Shown here piece by piece: positions 55,738-64,000 of a stretch of 64,000 bases of DNA; the first letter of the stretch is position 1; each line of letters opens with the position of its first letter. A program made the position numbers and the translations under genes. Below the pieces are notes generated by a model. That model made no database searches, was not told where the DNA came from, and saw only the letters and a program-made list of their open reading frames with translations. Source of the DNA: an uncultured Chloroflexia bacterium (GTDB lineage: Bacteria > Chloroflexota > Limnocylindria > Limnocylindrales > CSP1-4); the NCBI GenBank assembly GCA_963813335.1, contig CAWEYL010000001.1, forward strand, positions 480,001 to 544,000, written 5' to 3'.

Positions 55738-56825
55738 GCGACGGGAACACGGGCCTCGAGGGGGTGGTGACCCTGCGCGATTTCGAGCCGCTCGCCCGGG
55801 CCGCCATGGACCCGGCCGCCTTCGGCTACGTCGCCGGCGGGTCGTGGGACGAGGTCACCCTCGCCGAGAACGAGGCGGCCTGGCGCCGCCGCCGCTTCCG
55901 GCCGCGCGTGCTCGTCGACGTCTCGGCCATCGACCCGTCGACGACGATGCTGGGCGTCCCGGTCGCCATGCCGGTCGCCGTCGCGCCGATGGCGGTCCAG
56001 GGCCTGGCCCATCCCGACGGAGAGCTGGCGGCCGTGCGCGGCGCCGCGGCGTCCGGCGTGCCGTACATCCTCTCGACGACCTCGTCGCGCTCCATCGAGG
56101 AGGTCGCCGCCGCGGCCCCCGACGCGACGCGCTGGTTCCAGCTCTACGTCCAGTCGGACGTCGCCCGGACACGCCCCTTGGTGGAGCGCGCCGCGGCGTC
56201 CGGCTACGGGGCGATCGTCCTGACGGTCGACCTCCCGGTACTCGGCTATCGCGACCGCGATCGGCGCTCCGGGTTCGCGCTGCCGCCGCTCGGCAACTTC
56301 CGCGAGGTCGGTGCCACGCACGGCGGCCACGCCGACGGCGAGCCGGAGTTGCAGCACGAGACGGCGCTGACGTGGGCGGACCTGGCCGAGATCCGGAGCT
56401 GGTCGAACCTGCCGCTCGTGCTGAAGGGGATCCTCACCGCCGAGGATGCCCGGATCGCCGTCGAGCACGGCGTCGACGCGATCATCGTCAGCAACCACGG
56501 CGCCCGGCAGCTCGATCGTGTCCAGCCGGGGATCGACGCCCTGGCGGAGGTGGTGGCGGCGGCCGGCGGCCGGACGGAGGTCTGGGTCGACGGCGGCGTC
56601 CGCCGCGGCCTCGATATCGCGATCGCCCTCGCCCTCGGCGCTTGCGGCGTCCTCGTCGGCCGGCCGGTCTACTGGGCGCTGGCGGCCGGCGGGCAGGCCG
56701 GCGTCGAGCGCGCGTTCGCGATCTTGCGCGACGAATTCGAGATCGCGCTCGCCCTGCTTGGCGCCCGGACGCCCGCCGAGGTCCGCCCCGAACACCTCGT
56801 CGATCAGGGGACGACGCCCGCCTGA
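55734..56825 (+). CDS. FMN-dependent alpha-hydroxy acid oxidase/dehydrogenase
   Basis: Motifs PRVLVDVS, WFQLY, LTVD, VLKGI, SNHGARQLD and DGGVRRG. Confidence 0.9.
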   Translation: MSDGNTGLEGVVTLRDFEPLARAAMDPAAFGYVAGGSWDEVTLAENEAAWRRRRFRPRVLVDVSAIDPSTTMLGVPVAMPVAVAPMAVQGLAHPDGELAAVRGAAASGVPYILSTTSSRSIEEVAAAAPDATRWFQLYVQSDVARTRPLVERAAASGYGAIVLTVDLPVLGYRDRDRRSGFALPPLGNFREVGATHGGHADGEPELQHETALTWADLAEIRSWSNLPLVLKGILTAEDARIAVEHGVDAIIVSNHGARQLDRVQPGIDALAEVVAAAGGRTEVWVDGGVRRGLDIAIALALGACGVLVGRPVYWALAAGGQAGVERAFAILRDEFEIALALLGARTPAEVRPEHLVDQGTTPA

Positions 56826-56969
56826 GCGATCCCGAAGCGCGACCCCGTCGTCACCGCGCCGGCATCGTCCGCCGGAGCCGTTCCGTGGCAGGGTGGAGGT
56901 CGAGTGGTCCGCTTCGCGGGTCCCGGTGACCGCTCCTTCCTCCCCTTGACGACCCTTCGAGGCTTTCCC

Positions 56970-57197
56970 ATGTCCGAACACGCCCGGATGCTCGACCTGA
57001 TCGAGCGTACCGTCGATCTCGACCCTGCCTGCCCCGCCTGCGGCGCCCCGACCACGGTCGCCGAGCGGGGTGGCCATCTCTTCCTCGTCTGCACGGCGGC
57101 CGAGGCCGCCGACGGCCTGGTCGCCCGGATCGAGGCGGTATTCACGCCACACGTCCGACGCGAGATCGTCGACCTCGCGGAGGCCCTCGCCGCCTGA
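56970..57197 (+). CDS. Small hypothetical protein with a CxxC motif
   Basis: 75-aa ORF filling the gap before ligA, CPACG..LVC..PH, typical codon usage. Confidence 0.55.
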   Translation: MSEHARMLDLIERTVDLDPACPACGAPTTVAERGGHLFLVCTAAEAADGLVARIEAVFTPHVRREIVDLAEALAA

Positions 57198-59827
<2,630 letters not shown>

Positions 59828-59837
59828 GGAGGATCCG

Positions 59838-60359
59838 ATGACCAGCCCCGACCCGATCCGCGACGCGGCTGCCTACCAGCAGAGCCTGCTGGCCGCGCTC
59901 GGCGGCGACGACCCCGCGGAGGTCCAGGCGGCGACGCCCGCGGTGATCCGCGCCCTCGTGGCGGAGGCGGGGCCGGACCTGCGCACGCGGCCCGAGCCGG
60001 GCGAGTGGTCGGTGCTGGGGTGCCTCACCCACATCGCCGACGCCGAGCTGGTCATGGCCGGCCGCTACCGCTGGGTGGTGGCCCACGACGAGCCCGAGAT
60101 CATCGGCTACGACCAGGACCTGTGGGTCGCGCGCCTCCACGAGGGCGACGACCCGGCGGCGATGCTCGCGCTGTTCGAGGCGCTCCGGGCGGCGAACCTG
60201 GCCCTCTGGGCGAGGACGTCTCCCGCCGACCACGAGCGGATCGGCCGGCACCGCGAGCGCGGCGCGGAGAGCTTCGACCTGATGTTCCGGATGATCGGCG
60301 GCCACGACCGGGTCCACCTCGCCCAGGCCCGGCGGGCGCTCGCGCAGGTCCGCGGCTAG
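59838..60359 (+). CDS. DinB/YfiT-family protein
   Basis: SD GAGGAGG. Motifs RPEPGEWS, HIADAE and GHDRVH (His triad). Confidence 0.85.
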   Translation: MTSPDPIRDAAAYQQSLLAALGGDDPAEVQAATPAVIRALVAEAGPDLRTRPEPGEWSVLGCLTHIADAELVMAGRYRWVVAHDEPEIIGYDQDLWVARLHEGDDPAAMLALFEALRAANLALWARTSPADHERIGRHRERGAESFDLMFRMIGGHDRVHLAQARRALAQVRG

Positions 60360-60372
60360 GGCCGCGGCTCGG

Positions 60373-60900
60373 TCAGCGTCGCCGGACGGCGTAGCGCTCC
60401 ATGAGCTCGCTCACCGCGGCGCGGGCCGCCGCCCATTCGGGCTGATCGCCGAAGATCTCGCCGTCCGCCCCCCAGCGCCGGAGCTGGGTCATCGCGGTGA
60501 CGATCGCGTCATGGGCGATCTGGCGCTGCCGGCCCGCCTCGATCTGGCCGGTCACGAGGTAGCGGCGCACGACGTCGAACGGCGCCGTCCAGCGGCCCCA
60601 GCGGAGCCGGTCGCCCTCGCGCAGCGTCTCGAGCCACTCGTCGTCGCCGACGGGATGGCGGTCGTGCTCGGCGCGATGGTGGACGAGGTCCACCCGCAGC
60701 CCGGGGAGTGCCAGGCTCGGCAGGCGCCCGTCCTCGTCGACCGTGACGTAGCAGACGGGACAGACCGGGAGCTCGGCGTCCGCCCGCGGCGCGGCGCCGT
60801 ACGGGAGGCCGCAGCGCCGGCAGAACGTCACGTCCGCCCGGACCGCTGGCGTGCCGCACTGGAGGCAGACCGGGGTCGCGGCGGGGATGGTGGAGGTCAC
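60373..60900 (-). CDS. Hypothetical protein with a double zinc ribbon
   Basis: CLQC..FCRRCG, CPVC, later His residues. Start uncertain (60900 or 60936). Confidence 0.65.
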   Translation of the reverse strand: MTSTIPAATPVCLQCGTPAVRADVTFCRRCGLPYGAAPRADAELPVCPVCYVTVDEDGRLPSLALPGLRVDLVHHRAEHDRHPVGDDEWLETLREGDRLRWGRWTAPFDVVRRYLVTGQIEAGRQRQIAHDAIVTAMTQLRRWGADGEIFGDQPEWAAARAAVSELMERYAVRRR

Positions 60901-60991
60901 CCGGGCAGGATGCGGGCGCGCGCCCGGGTCCTCCAATCACCCCATCGAGGGAGCGACGGTCAGCCAGGAGTCCGGTGCGTCGGCGCCACAC

Positions 60992-61852
60992 CTAGCCGAG
61001 GGCATGGTTGAACTGGCCCCAGATCGCCTCGGGCTGCCAGTCGAGCGGCTCGCCGCGGGCCAGTCGCGGCGCTCGCCAGGCCTCGGTCCAGCCGGCGGTG
61101 ACCAGGCGCTCGAGCCCCGCCGCGTTGTCGGCGAGGACGCCGGCCCGGACGTGGCGGTCCGGCCCGGTGCGGCGGCGCCGCGCTTCGAGGATGGCGAGCG
61201 CGACCTCGGGATCAGGGGCGATGGTGGCGCCGCCGCCCCACGGCGCCCGGACCACGAACCCGGCGAGCCCGTCGGCCGGGTCGTCGAGGACGGTGGCCGA
61301 GTCTGGCGTCGCGAACGCGCGCAGCAGGTGGGCGCGGTCCTCGCCCGTCGCGGCGCGGTCGAGGCGGGCCATCGCCCCGAGGTCGTCGGGGCGGAACGGA
61401 CGGACCCGGGGGTCGGGCGGGCCAGCGGCCATGCGACCGCTTGCGTCGGGGCCGGTCCCGGGCGCCTCCACGACGACGATCGAGGTCTGGAGCTCGAAGC
61501 CCAGCTTCTCGTAGAGGGGCCGGCCGACCTCCGTCGCGACGAGGACCGAGGTCCGGCAGCCGGCGTCGGCCGCCACGTCCATGACCGCGCCGGTGAGGCG
61601 CTCGCCGATGCCTTCGCGCCGCCGGTCGGGGACGACCCAGATCGTGCCGATCCAGGCGACCGGTCCGTTGACCGTGGCGACCGCGCTCCCGAGGCGCCGG
61701 CCATCCGCGTCGACCGCGACCACCGGCCGGCAGGCCGGGTGGGTCACGACGAACTCGAACCACGCCTGGCGGGCGCCCCAGTGGTCCGCGGCGATGGCGT
61801 CGGCGAGCGGGCCGCTGTCGTCCGCGGTCATCGGCCGGATCTCGATCCCCAT
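60992..61852 (-). CDS. GNAT-family acetyltransferase (two-domain)
   Basis: Motifs IRPMT, VVPDRRREGIG and ATEVGRPLYEKLGF. Confidence 0.85.
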   Translation of the reverse strand: MGIEIRPMTADDSGPLADAIAADHWGARQAWFEFVVTHPACRPVVAVDADGRRLGSAVATVNGPVAWIGTIWVVPDRRREGIGERLTGAVMDVAADAGCRTSVLVATEVGRPLYEKLGFELQTSIVVVEAPGTGPDASGRMAAGPPDPRVRPFRPDDLGAMARLDRAATGEDRAHLLRAFATPDSATVLDDPADGLAGFVVRAPWGGGATIAPDPEVALAILEARRRRTGPDRHVRAGVLADNAAGLERLVTAGWTEAWRAPRLARGEPLDWQPEAIWGQFNHALG

Positions 61853-61904
61853 GTCGGCATCGTACCGAGCGCCTGCCCGGCCGGTGGCCCGGTATCATCG
61901 GGGC

Positions 61905-62201
61905 ATGGCCACCCTGACCCGCGCCGACGTCGAGCACGTCGCCCACCTCGCGCGCCTCGGGCTGACGGACGAGGAGCTCGGCCGTCTCGAGGGGCAGCTC
62001 AACCATATCCTCGACCAGTACGCGATCCTCGCCGAGGTCCCGACCGACCACATCGCCCCGACGGCGCAGACCATCGAGCTGGAGAACATCCTGCGCGACG
62101 ACGTCGTCGTGCCGTCGCTGCCGGTCGCGGACGTCGTCGGCAACGCCGCCGAGCACGAGGGCGACCTGATCGTGGTGCCCGCCATCCTGGGCGGCGACTG
62201 A
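61905..62201 (+). CDS. gatC: Asp/Glu-tRNA amidotransferase subunit C
   Basis: Motifs VEHVAHLARL, LRDD and VPAIL. Directly upstream of gatA. Confidence 0.93.
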   Translation: MATLTRADVEHVAHLARLGLTDEELGRLEGQLNHILDQYAILAEVPTDHIAPTAQTIELENILRDDVVVPSLPVADVVGNAAEHEGDLIVVPAILGGD

Positions 62202-62206
62202 GCGCG

Positions 62207-63739
<1,533 letters not shown>

Positions 63740-63818
63740 TCCACCCGGCCGACATCGGGCCGAGCGGCACTTGGCGGGACTGCCGCCACGCGGCGCAGCA
63801 TCCTCGCGGAGGTGACAC

Positions 63819-64000
63819 ATGCGAGCCCGTTTGATGCTGGCCGGCGTGGCCGTCGGGCGTGGCGGCCGGGATGGCCGTCTCGCAAGCCCGCCAGTGGCGG
63901 CGGACCTGGGGGATCGATCCCGATGAGACCACCCGGGCGCTGCCCGGCGACGACGTGGTCACCGATCCCGTCGCGAGCGAGACCCGTGGGATCACCATCG
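63819..64000 (+). CDS. Partial SRPBCC-like protein running off the window end; apparent +1 frameshift at ~63855
   Basis: SD GGAGG. After removing one base it reads WRRTWGIDPDETTRALPGDDVV..ETRGITI. Confidence 0.55.

Noticed and set aside
56860-56900. SAM-IV-like riboswitch (TCCGTGGC.GGGTG word)
   Set aside because: The GGCAACC and other core elements are missing, and there is no sulfur-metabolism gene downstream.

Overview
This is a very GC-rich bacterial chromosomal segment. Gene content and the Ala/Ser/Pro-linker lipoproteins suggest Chloroflexota, possibly Limnocylindria, but that assignment is an inference. In order the window holds gcvT-H-PA-PB, two convergent peptide ABC operons, a split glutaminase + NadE pair with rsmI, a Ca/H antiporter, an aldehyde dehydrogenase + DUF779-like gene, an atypical ssb, a divergent beta-propeller lipoprotein / membrane-anchored SARP pair, and a HAMP-GGDEF-HD-GYP gene. 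These are followed by a ~13 kb purine operon (purA-D-B-C-S-Q-L-F-M plus a purN-purH fusion) preceded by a ~170-nt structured RNA candidate, an HTH-MFS unit with a triple operator, metG-tatD, CIRCE-groESL, an orphan contractile-injection-system-like gene, pcrA, an alpha-hydroxy acid oxidase, ligA and gatCA. No tRNA, rRNA, CRISPR array, integrase or transposase was seen. The many frameshifts, mostly at 28-42 kb, look like consensus artefacts in which both alleles of a synonymous C/G site were written. The best leads are the purine-operon leader RNA with three mutually exclusive pairings, a circularly permuted family-5 solute-binding protein, a MetRS with GIHT in place of HIGH, the orphan eCIS-like fusion, and the transmembrane SARP/beta-propeller pair.
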